Origin: Candidatus Omnitrophota bacterium
Lineage (GTDB): Bacteria; Omnitrophota; Gorgyraeia; Gygaellales; Profunditerraquicolaceae
Direction: 5' to 3'
Assembly (NCBI GenBank): GCA_022710715.1
Contig: JAKLGJ010000004.1
Span: 256,166 to 320,165 of the forward strand
Length of the DNA: 64,000 nt
Shown here: positions 1 through 8,706 of the stretch, in pieces
Position numbering within the stretch: position 1 is the first letter of the stretch
Layout: each line of letters opens with the position of its first letter
The notes under the pieces: model-generated
The model's input: only the letters and a program-made list of their open reading frames with translations
Databases searched by the model: none
Told to the model about the DNA's origin: nothing
Program-made: the position numbers and the translations under genes

Positions 1-306
1 GATTACGCCCAGTCTTCGCTGGGGGATATCACTTTCGTGGAGTTGCCGAAAGTCGGACAGGACGTCGCGCAGTTCAAATTCTGCGCTACCGTGGAGTCGG
101 TGAAAGCCGCTTCCGATGTCTTCGCTCCCTTGACCGGCACAATCACCAAAGTTAATCCGGATCTGCCCGCGCATCCGGAGTTCATCAATCAGTCCCCCTA
201 TGAAAAAGCCTGGTTTGCCGTGATCGAAATCGCCGACCCGGCGCAAAAGAACAACTTGATGACCGCCGCCGTCTACAGCGAATATGTGAAAGGCCTGTCC
301 GCATGA
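1..306 (+). CDS. gcvH: glycine cleavage system H protein (5' partial at window edge)
   Basis: Translation contains the lipoyl-lysine motif VESVKAAS and a typical GcvH C-terminus; the reading frame is open to base 1. Confidence 0.85.
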   Translation, partial: DYAQSSLGDITFVELPKVGQDVAQFKFCATVESVKAASDVFAPLTGTITKVNPDLPAHPEFINQSPYEKAWFAVIEIADPAQKNNLMTAAVYSEYVKGLSA

Positions 307-1640
307 ATTTCGTTCCACATACCGAAAACGACCGCGCCGAAATGCTCAAAGTCATCGGCGTAAAGAGCGTTGATGAGCTCTTCCGGGACATCCGGCCGGA
401 ACTGCGGGCCCGTTCCTTCAATCTGCCCGAGGGAAAATCCGAGTTCGAGGTCATCCAGCATTTAAAAAAACTCTCCCAGAAGAACGCCACCGGCCTGGTT
501 AATTTTGTCGGCGCAGGTTTTTATGATCATTATATCCCGGCCGCCGTCGACGCTTTATCCGGCCGTTCGGAATTCTACACCGCGTACACGCCGTACCAGC
601 CCGAATGTTCCCAGGGGTGGCTGCAGTCGATCTATGAGTATCAGAGCGCGATCTGCGCTTTGACCGGCATGGACGTCGCCAACGCGTCTCTGTATGACGG
701 CGGGACCGCGCTCTACGAAGCGGCGATGATGGCGGTGCGTTTGACCGGCAAAAAGAAGATCATCGTGGACAGCGGGGTCAACCTGATCTATCGCACCATG
801 CTTTATTCGTACACGTTCAATCTCGCGGTGGAGTTCGTGGAGACTCCGGTCGTGCACGGCCAGAGCGCCCGCGACGATATTTTCAAGCAACTCGACGATA
901 CTACCGCTGCGGTGGTGCTGCAGAACCCGAATTTCTTCGGCGCAATCGACGATCATTCCGATATCGCGGCTAAAGCGCACGGCTGCAAAGCGCTGGTCAT
1001 CGAAGCGGTGTATCCGGTTTCCCTGGGAATGCTCAAGAGTCCCCGGGAGATGGATGTGGATATCGCTGTCGGTGAGGGGCAGAGCCTGGGGATCCCTCTT
1101 TCTTTCGGCGGTCCGTATCTGGGCTTCATGGCGGTGAAAAAAGAGCTGGTCCGGCAAATGCCCGGCCGCGTCGTGGGGGCCACCGTGGATAAAGACGGCA
1201 AGCGGGGGTTCGTGCTCACGCTGCAGACCAGGGAGCAGCATATCCGCCGCCACAAAGCCACGTCGAATATCTGCTCCAATGAGGCGTTATGCGCTTTGCG
1301 CGCGGTGATCTATTTGTCTCTTCTGGGCAAACAGGGATTGGCGGAGCTGGCCAGGGTCATTTACGACAAGACGGAATTCGCCAAGTCGGTCTTCGCGAAG
1401 ATCCCCGGGGCGCAGGTTAAGCGCAGCTCGCCGACGTTCAATGAATTCACCGTCCAGCTGCCGAAAAACGCGGATGAAGTTGTTTGCTCGATGATCGAGA
1501 AAGGATTCGCCTGCGGGTTCCCGCTGGGCAGATTTTACAAAGGAATGGACAATTTCCTGCTGGTGGCGGTGACCGAGAAACGCACCAAGGAAGAGATCGT
1601 CAAGCTTGCCGACAGCCTGGAGGCGATGCTATGCGCTTGA
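303..1640 (+). CDS. gcvPA: glycine dehydrogenase (decarboxylating) subunit 1
   Basis: 445 aa; N-terminus MNFVPHTENDRAEML typical of GcvPA; 4-nt overlap with gcvH indicates an operon. Confidence 0.9.
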   Translation: MNFVPHTENDRAEMLKVIGVKSVDELFRDIRPELRARSFNLPEGKSEFEVIQHLKKLSQKNATGLVNFVGAGFYDHYIPAAVDALSGRSEFYTAYTPYQPECSQGWLQSIYEYQSAICALTGMDVANASLYDGGTALYEAAMMAVRLTGKKKIIVDSGVNLIYRTMLYSYTFNLAVEFVETPVVHGQSARDDIFKQLDDTTAAVVLQNPNFFGAIDDHSDIAAKAHGCKALVIEAVYPVSLGMLKSPREMDVDIAVGEGQSLGIPLSFGGPYLGFMAVKKELVRQMPGRVVGATVDKDGKRGFVLTLQTREQHIRRHKATSNICSNEALCALRAVIYLSLLGKQGLAELARVIYDKTEFAKSVFAKIPGAQVKRSSPTFNEFTVQLPKNADEVVCSMIEKGFACGFPLGRFYKGMDNFLLVAVTEKRTKEEIVKLADSLEAMLCA

Positions 1641-3085
1641 TCTTCGAAAACAGCGTTGCGGGCCGTTGCGGGTTCAAGGTCGCTCCTGCCGGAGTGGCCC
1701 CTGCGCACTTGCCGGAGAAAAAATACGTGCGCGCCCGGCCGCCCGAACTTCCCGAAGTTTCGGAAGTGGATGTGGTACGTCATTTCACCAATCTTTCCCG
1801 TCTTAATTTTTCCGTTGATACGAATTTTTACCCGCTGGGTTCCTGCACCATGAAATACAATCCGAAATTCGCGGAGAAGATCGCCGCGATGGAAGGTTTT
1901 ACCGACGCGCATCCGCTTCTGCCGCAGCTTTCCGGCGGCGGCATTCTGGCCCAGGGTTCGCTGGAAGTGCTCTATCAGATGGATAAGCTGCTCTCCGAGA
2001 TTACCGGCATGGCGGCTTTTACCATGCAGCCGTTGGCCGGCGCGCACGGAGAATTGACCGGGGTCATGCTCATCGCGGCCTATCATAAACATAACGGCGC
2101 CCGGCGCAAATACGTCATCGTTCCGGATTCGTCGCACGGCACCAATCCGGCCAGCGCGGCCATTGCCGGCTATGAAGTCATTGTTATTCCCACCGACAAG
2201 AACGGTTATATGGATATGCAGGAGTATAAGAGTAAACTGACAGAAGAAGTCGCCGCGGTCATGCTTACCTGTCCGGATACGCTGGGGATTTTCAATCCAA
2301 AGATCAAAGAGATCGCCGACCTGGCGCATGGCGTGGGCGCATTGATGTATTACGACGGCGCCAATCTCAACGCCATCATGGGCAAATGCCGCCCCGGAGA
2401 CCTGGGGTTCGACGTGGTGCATGTCAATCTGCATAAAACATTCGGCACCCCGCATGGCGGCGGCGGTCCGGGCGCCGGTCCCGTAGGCGTGTGCGAAAAA
2501 CTGCTGGATTTCCTGCCCATCTCCCGCGTGGTCCGTCGGCAGGACGGCACGTATATGCTGGATTACACTAAACGCAAAACTATCGGCTATATCGCGCCTT
2601 TTTACGGCAATTTCGGCGTGATCCTCAAGGCGTACGCGTATATTCTGTTCCTGGGCAAATCCGGTTTGATCGAGGCCAGCGAAACGGCAGTGCTCAACGC
2701 CAACTATTGCCGGGCTTCCCTCAAAGACCGGTATGAATCGGCGTATGACAAACCGTGCATGCATGAATGTGTTTTTTCCGCCTCCCGGCAGACCGAGCAC
2801 GGCGTGCACGCTCTGGATATCGCCAAGTTCCTCATCGACCGGGGCATACATCCGCCGACCATCTATTTCCCGCTCATCGTCAAAGAAGCGCTGATGATCG
2901 AACCCACCGAAACCGAATCCAGGGAAACTCTGGATGCCTTTATCCGGATCATGATCGAGATTGCCCGGCTGGCGCAGACCGATCCCGAGCGGATTAAAGA
3001 AGCGCCGCTGACCACGCCGGTGAAACGTCTTGATGAAACCAAAGCAGCCCGGGAGCTGGATCTCTGCTGGAAATCTAAAAGTTAA
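1631..3085 (+). CDS. gcvPB: glycine dehydrogenase subunit 2 (PLP-dependent)
   Basis: Start MRLIFENS overlaps the gcvPA stop; conserved PLP-lysine region VVHVNLHKTFGTPHGGGGPG; the upstream extension to 1484 in the ORF track is probably not translated. Confidence 0.9.
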   Translation: MRLIFENSVAGRCGFKVAPAGVAPAHLPEKKYVRARPPELPEVSEVDVVRHFTNLSRLNFSVDTNFYPLGSCTMKYNPKFAEKIAAMEGFTDAHPLLPQLSGGGILAQGSLEVLYQMDKLLSEITGMAAFTMQPLAGAHGELTGVMLIAAYHKHNGARRKYVIVPDSSHGTNPASAAIAGYEVIVIPTDKNGYMDMQEYKSKLTEEVAAVMLTCPDTLGIFNPKIKEIADLAHGVGALMYYDGANLNAIMGKCRPGDLGFDVVHVNLHKTFGTPHGGGGPGAGPVGVCEKLLDFLPISRVVRRQDGTYMLDYTKRKTIGYIAPFYGNFGVILKAYAYILFLGKSGLIEASETAVLNANYCRASLKDRYESAYDKPCMHECVFSASRQTEHGVHALDIAKFLIDRGIHPPTIYFPLIVKEALMIEPTETESRETLDAFIRIMIEIARLAQTDPERIKEAPLTTPVKRLDETKAARELDLCWKSKS

Positions 3086-3091
3086 TCCTTT

Positions 3092-3898
3092 ATGGTACCT
3101 TCCTGGAGATTTATCGAAAGTCCGGCGCAGGACGCCTGCACCAACATGGCGACAGATGAGGCGTTGTTCAGCTCTTTCTGCCGGCATTTCTGTCCGCCGA
3201 CCTTGCGTTTATACGCGTGGAGCAGTCCGGCGTTTTCTTTCGGGTATTTCCAGGATCCCGCGGAAGAGCTTGACCTGGATCTGTGCCGGGCAGAGCATAT
3301 CGATTGTGTGCGGCGGATGACCGGGGGAGGAGTGATTTTTCATCACCAGGAGCTTACCTACAGCCTGGTGTGCATGAAGCAGGACCTGGGTGTGGGCAGA
3401 TCCGTGGTGGAATCGTTCAAACGCAGCTGTCAGTTCCTGCTCGACACCTATAGGAAGCTGGGATTGGAAGCGCGCTTTGCAGTGGAGAATCCCGACCTGC
3501 ACGATTTCAAGCATCCTTCAACCTTCTGTTTCGCCTCGCAGGAAAAATACGATATCCTGGTCTACGACCGCAAGATCGGCGGCAATGCCCAGAAACGCAG
3601 GGGAGAGGTCATCTTTCAGCACGGCAGCATCCCGTTCACTCTTTCTTTACCGCTGGCAAACCGCTTTTTAAGGACCAAGCTTGCCCCGGATCTTGCCAAA
3701 CAGACCTGCGGTTTACTGGAGGTATTACCCACAGAGGTGAGCAGGACGGAGTTCAGCTCTATGCTGGTGGATTCCTTTCAGGAAGCGTTAGGCGTCAAAT
3801 TAGAGGACGGGATCTTGAGTCCCGAAGAGAACAGCTTATGCCGGAAGCTCAAAGAAGAAAAGTCCATATCCAGTCCGCTCGAAAGCCAGCCTGGCTGA
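3092..3898 (+). CDS. lipoate-protein ligase / octanoyltransferase (LplA/LipM catalytic-domain family)
   Basis: 268 aa; BPL_LplA_LipB-like motifs (RRMTGGGVIFHHQELTYSL, KIGGNAQKRR); sits between gcvP and lipA. Confidence 0.75.
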   Translation: MVPSWRFIESPAQDACTNMATDEALFSSFCRHFCPPTLRLYAWSSPAFSFGYFQDPAEELDLDLCRAEHIDCVRRMTGGGVIFHHQELTYSLVCMKQDLGVGRSVVESFKRSCQFLLDTYRKLGLEARFAVENPDLHDFKHPSTFCFASQEKYDILVYDRKIGGNAQKRRGEVIFQHGSIPFTLSLPLANRFLRTKLAPDLAKQTCGLLEVLPTEVSRTEFSSMLVDSFQEALGVKLEDGILSPEENSLCRKLKEEKSISSPLESQPG

Positions 3899-4728
3899 AT
3901 AAGAAGATTAGTTTGAGCGATTGTCAGCCGGTCAAGGAACTGCTGCGAGATTTCGGCCTGCAGACGGTCTGTCAACAAGCTGCCTGTCCGAACATCGGCG
4001 AATGTTTTCGCCACCGTCAGGCGACATTTTTGATCCTGGGCACCATCTGTACCCGGAACTGCCGCTTTTGCGCGGTGCGCCCGGGTACGCCGGGGCCGGT
4101 TGACCCGCAGGAGCCTGATCGCGTCGCCGGAGCCGTGCAGCGGCTGGGTTTGCGCCACGTGGTAGTGACCAGCGTTACCCGCGACGATCTCGCCGACGGC
4201 GGCGCCGGGATGTTTGCCGGGACAATCGATTGCATCCGGCAGCGCAATCCCGCGACCACCATCGAAGTTCTCATTCCGGATTTTCAACTCGATCGCGAAG
4301 CCCTGCGCCGGGTGACCGCGGCTCGACCGGATATTATTGCCCATAATCTGGAAACAGTGCCGCGGCTTTATCCGCTGGTACGGTCGCAGGCGGATTACCG
4401 GCGTTCTCTGGAGGTATTAGCCCTGCTGAAAACGCTGGCGCCGGCAATCGCCGTTAAATCCGGACTTATGCTGGGGCTGGGAGAGACGCAAGAAGAGGTG
4501 CTTACGGTTTTTCAGGACCTGGCACGTATCGGATGCGATTTCTTGAGCGTCGGCCAGTATCTTGCCCCCGGCAAAGAGCATTTTCCGGTCCAGGAGTATA
4601 TACTGCCGGAGCAATTTGAGTGGTATGGCCGGAAAGCATTGCAGGCGGGCCTGCGCCGCGTAGCCAGCGGCCCCTACGTGCGCAGTTCATATCTGGCGCA
4701 CCGATATCTTGAAGCCGAAGCCGTCTAA
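3838..4728 (+). CDS. lipA: lipoyl synthase
   Basis: N-terminal CPNIGEC cluster plus radical-SAM motif CTRNCRFCAV; KPAWLNKK N-terminus typical of LipA. Confidence 0.9.
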   Translation: MPEAQRRKVHIQSARKPAWLNKKISLSDCQPVKELLRDFGLQTVCQQAACPNIGECFRHRQATFLILGTICTRNCRFCAVRPGTPGPVDPQEPDRVAGAVQRLGLRHVVVTSVTRDDLADGGAGMFAGTIDCIRQRNPATTIEVLIPDFQLDREALRRVTAARPDIIAHNLETVPRLYPLVRSQADYRRSLEVLALLKTLAPAIAVKSGLMLGLGETQEEVLTVFQDLARIGCDFLSVGQYLAPGKEHFPVQEYILPEQFEWYGRKALQAGLRRVASGPYVRSSYLAHRYLEAEAV

Positions 4729-4768
4729 AAAATCTTGACTTTTTATCTGCCTGCTGTAGAGTAATGCA

Positions 4769-5515
4769 ATGAAAAAGATCCTTTTAGGTATACTGTTACT
4801 AGCCGCAGCGCTGACGTTGAGCTCCTGCGTCACCGCGCCGATCCAGCCTATACCGCCGCAACCCGTACCCAGCCGGCCGGTAGTCAGGGGCGATATCTGC
4901 CATGTGGTGGCTCCGGGAGAGACTATCTGGCGCATCAGCAAGATGTACGATGTCCCCATGGAGTCTATCGTCCGGGCGAATAACCTCAAGGACGCTACCC
5001 AGCTGGAAAAGGGCCAGCGCCTGGCGGTTCCCAATGCCGCGCCGATCGTGCCGGTAGTCACGTTGTATCCTTCCGCTAAATGGAAATACATCATCATTCA
5101 CCACAGCGCCACCGATGAAGGGAATTCCTACGCGTTTGACAATTCTCATCGCAGCAAAGGGTGGAACAGCGTCGGGTATCATTTCGTGATCGATAACGGA
5201 ACGCAGTCGAAACAGGACGGTCAGATCGAGGCCGGTCCCCGCTGGATCAAACAGCAGGACGGTTCGCACTGCCGGGCCGGGAATATGAACACAAAAGCCA
5301 TCGGTATCTGCCTGGTGGGCAATTTCAACAAGTCGCATGTTTCCTCAAAGCAGATGGATTCGTTGATCTATGTGGTCAACCGTTTGCGGCATTACTACAA
5401 AATTCCCGCGGACAGAATTATGGGGCATGGTCAGGTCGCGGGAGCGACGACCGCCTGTCCGGGCAAACTATTCCCCTGGTCGGAATTCAAATCCCGCGTC
5501 CGGCAAGGAAGCTGA
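4769..5515 (+). CDS. N-acetylmuramoyl-L-alanine amidase (amidase_2/PGRP) with LysM domain; lipoprotein signal
   Basis: Signal/lipobox LTLSSC; LysM-like GDICHVVAPGETIWRISKMYDV; amidase_2 core IIIHHSATDEG...GYHFVID...CPG. Confidence 0.8.
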   Translation: MKKILLGILLLAAALTLSSCVTAPIQPIPPQPVPSRPVVRGDICHVVAPGETIWRISKMYDVPMESIVRANNLKDATQLEKGQRLAVPNAAPIVPVVTLYPSAKWKYIIIHHSATDEGNSYAFDNSHRSKGWNSVGYHFVIDNGTQSKQDGQIEAGPRWIKQQDGSHCRAGNMNTKAIGICLVGNFNKSHVSSKQMDSLIYVVNRLRHYYKIPADRIMGHGQVAGATTACPGKLFPWSEFKSRVRQGS

Positions 5516-5520
5516 TTCCT

Positions 5521-6366
5521 ATGCGCGATACATTCAAAGGTGCGTTTTTACTACTTTTCTTCGTGGTGGTTATCGGCTCCTGGATGATGTTTCTCTCCCG
5601 GAAACCTCCTGCGAAGGTACCCGGACGGAAAAAACCCGCAGTTACCCGTCCGGCGCCGCGCGTCAGGAAACTGCCGCCGCAGCAGGCGCAGGGTACCATC
5701 GCCATCGTTCTGGATGACTGGGGCAACAATCTTAAAAATCTCGGCGTGGTGGAGCGGATCAAATATCCGTTGACCATCTCTGTGCTGCCTAATCTGCCTT
5801 ATTCGCGACAGGTCGCCGAACAGTTGCACGCGCGGGGGTTTGAGATCATGCTGCATCTGCCGATGCAGCCGCAGGGCAAGGTGGGAGTGGAGGAAGATAC
5901 GATCACCACCTCCATGGATAAACAGACTATTCAGGATATCGTGCAGAAAGATCTTGAGCAGGTGCCTTTTGCCCAGGGCTCGAACAATCACATGGGTTCC
6001 AAGGCCACTTCCGACTGGAATACCATGCGCGTGGTGCTCAAGACCCTGGGTAAGCACCGGTTCTATTTCGTGGACAGCTTTTCTTCCCCTGATTCCGTGG
6101 CTGCCGACGCGGCCGCGGAAAGCGGAGTGCGTTTTATCCGGCGGGACATCTTCATCGACAATAAGAATGACAAGGATTACATCCGTCAGCAACTGTTCAA
6201 ACTTAAGAAGAGGGCGCAGGAGAACGGCTATGCGCTGGGTATCGGCCATGATCGTACCCTGACTTTGGAAGTGCTGGCGGAAGTTTTGCCGGCATTGGAG
6301 CAGGAAGGATTCAGATTTGTTCCGGTATCGACGTTGATCGATGAGTCCGGCGGAAGATACGATTAA
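5521..6366 (+). CDS. divergent polysaccharide deacetylase (YibQ family), membrane anchored
   Basis: N-terminal TM; motifs IAIVLDDWGNN, ISVLPNLPYS, MLHLPMQP characteristic of YibQ-type proteins. Confidence 0.75.
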   Translation: MRDTFKGAFLLLFFVVVIGSWMMFLSRKPPAKVPGRKKPAVTRPAPRVRKLPPQQAQGTIAIVLDDWGNNLKNLGVVERIKYPLTISVLPNLPYSRQVAEQLHARGFEIMLHLPMQPQGKVGVEEDTITTSMDKQTIQDIVQKDLEQVPFAQGSNNHMGSKATSDWNTMRVVLKTLGKHRFYFVDSFSSPDSVAADAAAESGVRFIRRDIFIDNKNDKDYIRQQLFKLKKRAQENGYALGIGHDRTLTLEVLAEVLPALEQEGFRFVPVSTLIDESGGRYD

Positions 6367-7127
6367 AGATCCAGGGTGATGCCGATCGGACAATGGTCCG
6401 ATCCGTAGACGCCGGTTTCGATGAACGCGCCGGATACGTTGGCGCGCAGGTTTTCGCTGACAAAGAAATAGTCGATTCTCCAGCCCACATTCCTGGCGCG
6501 AGCGCCGGTCTTTAAGTCCCACCAGGTATATCTGCCGGGATGCGGGTCAAAAATACGCAACGTATCCACGAACCCCGCGGCGAGAAATTTATCCATCCAG
6601 GCTCTTTCTTCAGGCAGGAATCCGGAAACGCGCTCGTTTTCTCTGGGCCGGGCCAGATCGATCTCTTTGTGCGCGGTGTTGACGTCGCCGCAGATAACCA
6701 GCTTCCTGCCTTTTTTCTTCAGCGCGGCCAGATGGGCAAGGAACGTCTGGTAAAAGTCCATTTTGAAGCGCAACCGTTCCGGGGAAGCTTTGCCGTTGGG
6801 GAAATAGACATTGAAAAGGATGAAGTCGCCGAAATCCGCCTGGATCAACCGGCCTTCCCGGTCAAAGCGCTCGATCCCCAGATCCAGCGCAACGGATCGC
6901 GGCTTGAGTTTGGTCCAGAGCGCCACTCCGCTATAGCCTTTTTGTTCAGGCCGGCTCAAGAAAACATCGTAGCCCGGGATCTGAAGCGCTTCCCGGGGGA
7001 GTTGTTCGGCGGCAGCTTTGGTTTCCTGAATGCAGACAATATCGTTGTTCTCTGATTTGAACCAGTCCAGGAAACCCTTTTTGAGCGCCGCGCGCAAGCC
7101 GTTGACGTTCCAGGATACGATTTTCAT
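6363..7127 (-). CDS. xth: exodeoxyribonuclease III
   Basis: MKIVSWNVNGLRA N-terminus, ExoIII/EEP fold motifs (GDVNTAH, SDHCPI). Confidence 0.9.
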   Translation of the reverse strand: MKIVSWNVNGLRAALKKGFLDWFKSENNDIVCIQETKAAAEQLPREALQIPGYDVFLSRPEQKGYSGVALWTKLKPRSVALDLGIERFDREGRLIQADFGDFILFNVYFPNGKASPERLRFKMDFYQTFLAHLAALKKKGRKLVICGDVNTAHKEIDLARPRENERVSGFLPEERAWMDKFLAAGFVDTLRIFDPHPGRYTWWDLKTGARARNVGWRIDYFFVSENLRANVSGAFIETGVYGSDHCPIGITLDL

Positions 7128-7320
7128 GGGGAGTCCTTCCTTTTGTCTTTAAGTATATCCGGCTTAAGGCATTCAGGCAACGGTTTTTGTGCCGCGGGCC
7201 TGTGGGGTGCCCGGGGCAAGCTAATTAAGTTGCTTTTTGGGCTGAATTCTGGTATAACTATACTTTCAGGAAGTACCCCTTGCGCAGATCGGAATTGCGC
7301 AAGGGTGCCTCTGTAGGCAA

Positions 7321-7409
7321 GGAGGGGTACCGAAGTGGTCATAACGGGCCGCTCTCGAAAAGCGGTTGGGCGCAAGCTCACAAGAGTTCGAATCTCTTCC
7401 CCTCCGCCA
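7321..7409 (+). tRNA. tRNA-Ser (anticodon CGA), long variable arm, CCA encoded
   Basis: Acceptor GGAGGGG/CCCCTCC, anticodon stem CCGCT/AGCGG with loop CTCGAAA, long extra arm, T-arm AGAG-TTCGAAT-CTCT, 3' CCA; 89 nt. Confidence 0.8.
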
Positions 7410-7448
7410 GATACGTATCCTGTAACAGGGTTTATATAGAGGTGCGGC

Positions 7449-7892
7449 GTGGCGATGGAACCAGTGAAAATCCGGCCGGGTATACGGCTTCTGATCTTTT
7501 TCTATGCCTTTATCATCCTGCAGAATCTTCTAGGCATCAGGAATTACGGTCAGATCAACACGCTCATTCTGGCGGTGATGCTGGGGACGCTTTTGTATAT
7601 GATTATCGGATTTATCCAGCGCAAACCGATTTCCCGGTGGATCGCCATCGGGTTTCACGCAGTCTATCAGGCTTTGATGATCGTCTCGGTCAAGGTCATG
7701 TACAACGACGAATTCATCAAATCTTTGCTTAAAGATGTAACCGACCAGTCGCTGGTTCTGTCGAAAAACATCGTTCTGGTTGTTTTTATCCTGGTTTCCT
7801 TGTGCAATATAGCCGCGATCGTGTATCTGGCGCGCAATCAGGATTATTTCGTGGATACGCACAAAGACGAGGGCGATTCTGCTCCGGATTAG
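7449..7892 (+). CDS. hypothetical multi-pass membrane protein
   Basis: 147 aa with about 4 hydrophobic helices; no recognisable family. Confidence 0.45.
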   Translation: MAMEPVKIRPGIRLLIFFYAFIILQNLLGIRNYGQINTLILAVMLGTLLYMIIGFIQRKPISRWIAIGFHAVYQALMIVSVKVMYNDEFIKSLLKDVTDQSLVLSKNIVLVVFILVSLCNIAAIVYLARNQDYFVDTHKDEGDSAPD

Positions 7893-7917
7893 CCCGGTTT
7901 TGTGGTAGAATAAGCGT

Positions 7918-8706
7918 ATGAAAACCCTGGCACAAATAGCCGGTCGTCTGGGCGCTATAAAAAGAAATAGGTTTTATGGTAATCCTGGCACTGCAGAAAG
8001 CCGCAGAAAAGGCGGGATCGTTTCTTATTCGAGATTCAAGTCATTGGCTGAATGTTCCAGCAATGCAGGTTTTAAGCTTGAAAAGAAGATAGCTGTTCCT
8101 TCCCATGATCCGTTATTGGCAGAATTCCTGGGCATTGTAATCGGCGATGGGTCGATTAGCGATTATCAAGTAAGGATTTATTTTAACGCTAAAACCGACG
8201 CTGTTTATGCAGGTTTTGTTAAAGATCTGGTCTTGCAGCTATTTCAGATTGGTGCTACTTTGGCAAAACGGCCTAAAAATACTTTAGAGCTGATTATATC
8301 GAGCCGGGCATTGGTAAAATTTCTATCTTCTGCCGGTCTTCAAAAAGGCAATAAAGTCAAGAATCAAATTGCTGTCCCTGCGTGGATTCAGGAAGATAGT
8401 GCATGTTCTCATGCATGCTTACGGGGACTAATGGATACGGATGGGGGCGTTTACTTCCATACCCATATAACGAAAGGTATCAAATATCGACATATGGGGT
8501 TATGTTTTACTAGCCGTTCCAGACCGCTTCTCGATGCTGTTGAACAAGTATTGCTGCAAATAGGAATACCGGCAAGGAATGATGAGCGGGAAAGAGTCGA
8601 AGTTTACAGCAAAGATTCCATTGAGAAATACATGAATTTGATCGGCAGCCATAATTTGAATCATTTAAAAAGATTCCGGTTGCATAAGAATACTATAGTA
8701 GCTTAA
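7918..8706 (+). CDS. free-standing double-motif LAGLIDADG homing endonuclease
   Basis: Two LAGLIDADG motifs: LGIVIGDGSI and LRGLMDTDGGVY; 262 aa, typical single-chain size. Confidence 0.8.
   Translation: MKTLAQIAGRLGAIKRNRFYGNPGTAESRRKGGIVSYSRFKSLAECSSNAGFKLEKKIAVPSHDPLLAEFLGIVIGDGSISDYQVRIYFNAKTDAVYAGFVKDLVLQLFQIGATLAKRPKNTLELIISSRALVKFLSSAGLQKGNKVKNQIAVPAWIQEDSACSHACLRGLMDTDGGVYFHTHITKGIKYRHMGLCFTSRSRPLLDAVEQVLLQIGIPARNDERERVEVYSKDSIEKYMNLIGSHNLNHLKRFRLHKNTIVA

Noticed and set aside
555-1253. 232-aa minus-strand ORF inside gcvPA
   Set aside because: Antisense shadow ORF of a confidently identified gene.
1535-3187. 550-aa ORF on the minus strand
   Set aside because: It lies entirely antisense to gcvPB, which has unambiguous conserved motifs. 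The translation is low-complexity and Arg/Gly-rich, typical of a GC-rich antisense artefact.
5551-6522. 323-aa minus-strand ORF
   Set aside because: Antisense to the YibQ-type deacetylase gene and to the 3' end of xth; Arg-rich, no motifs.
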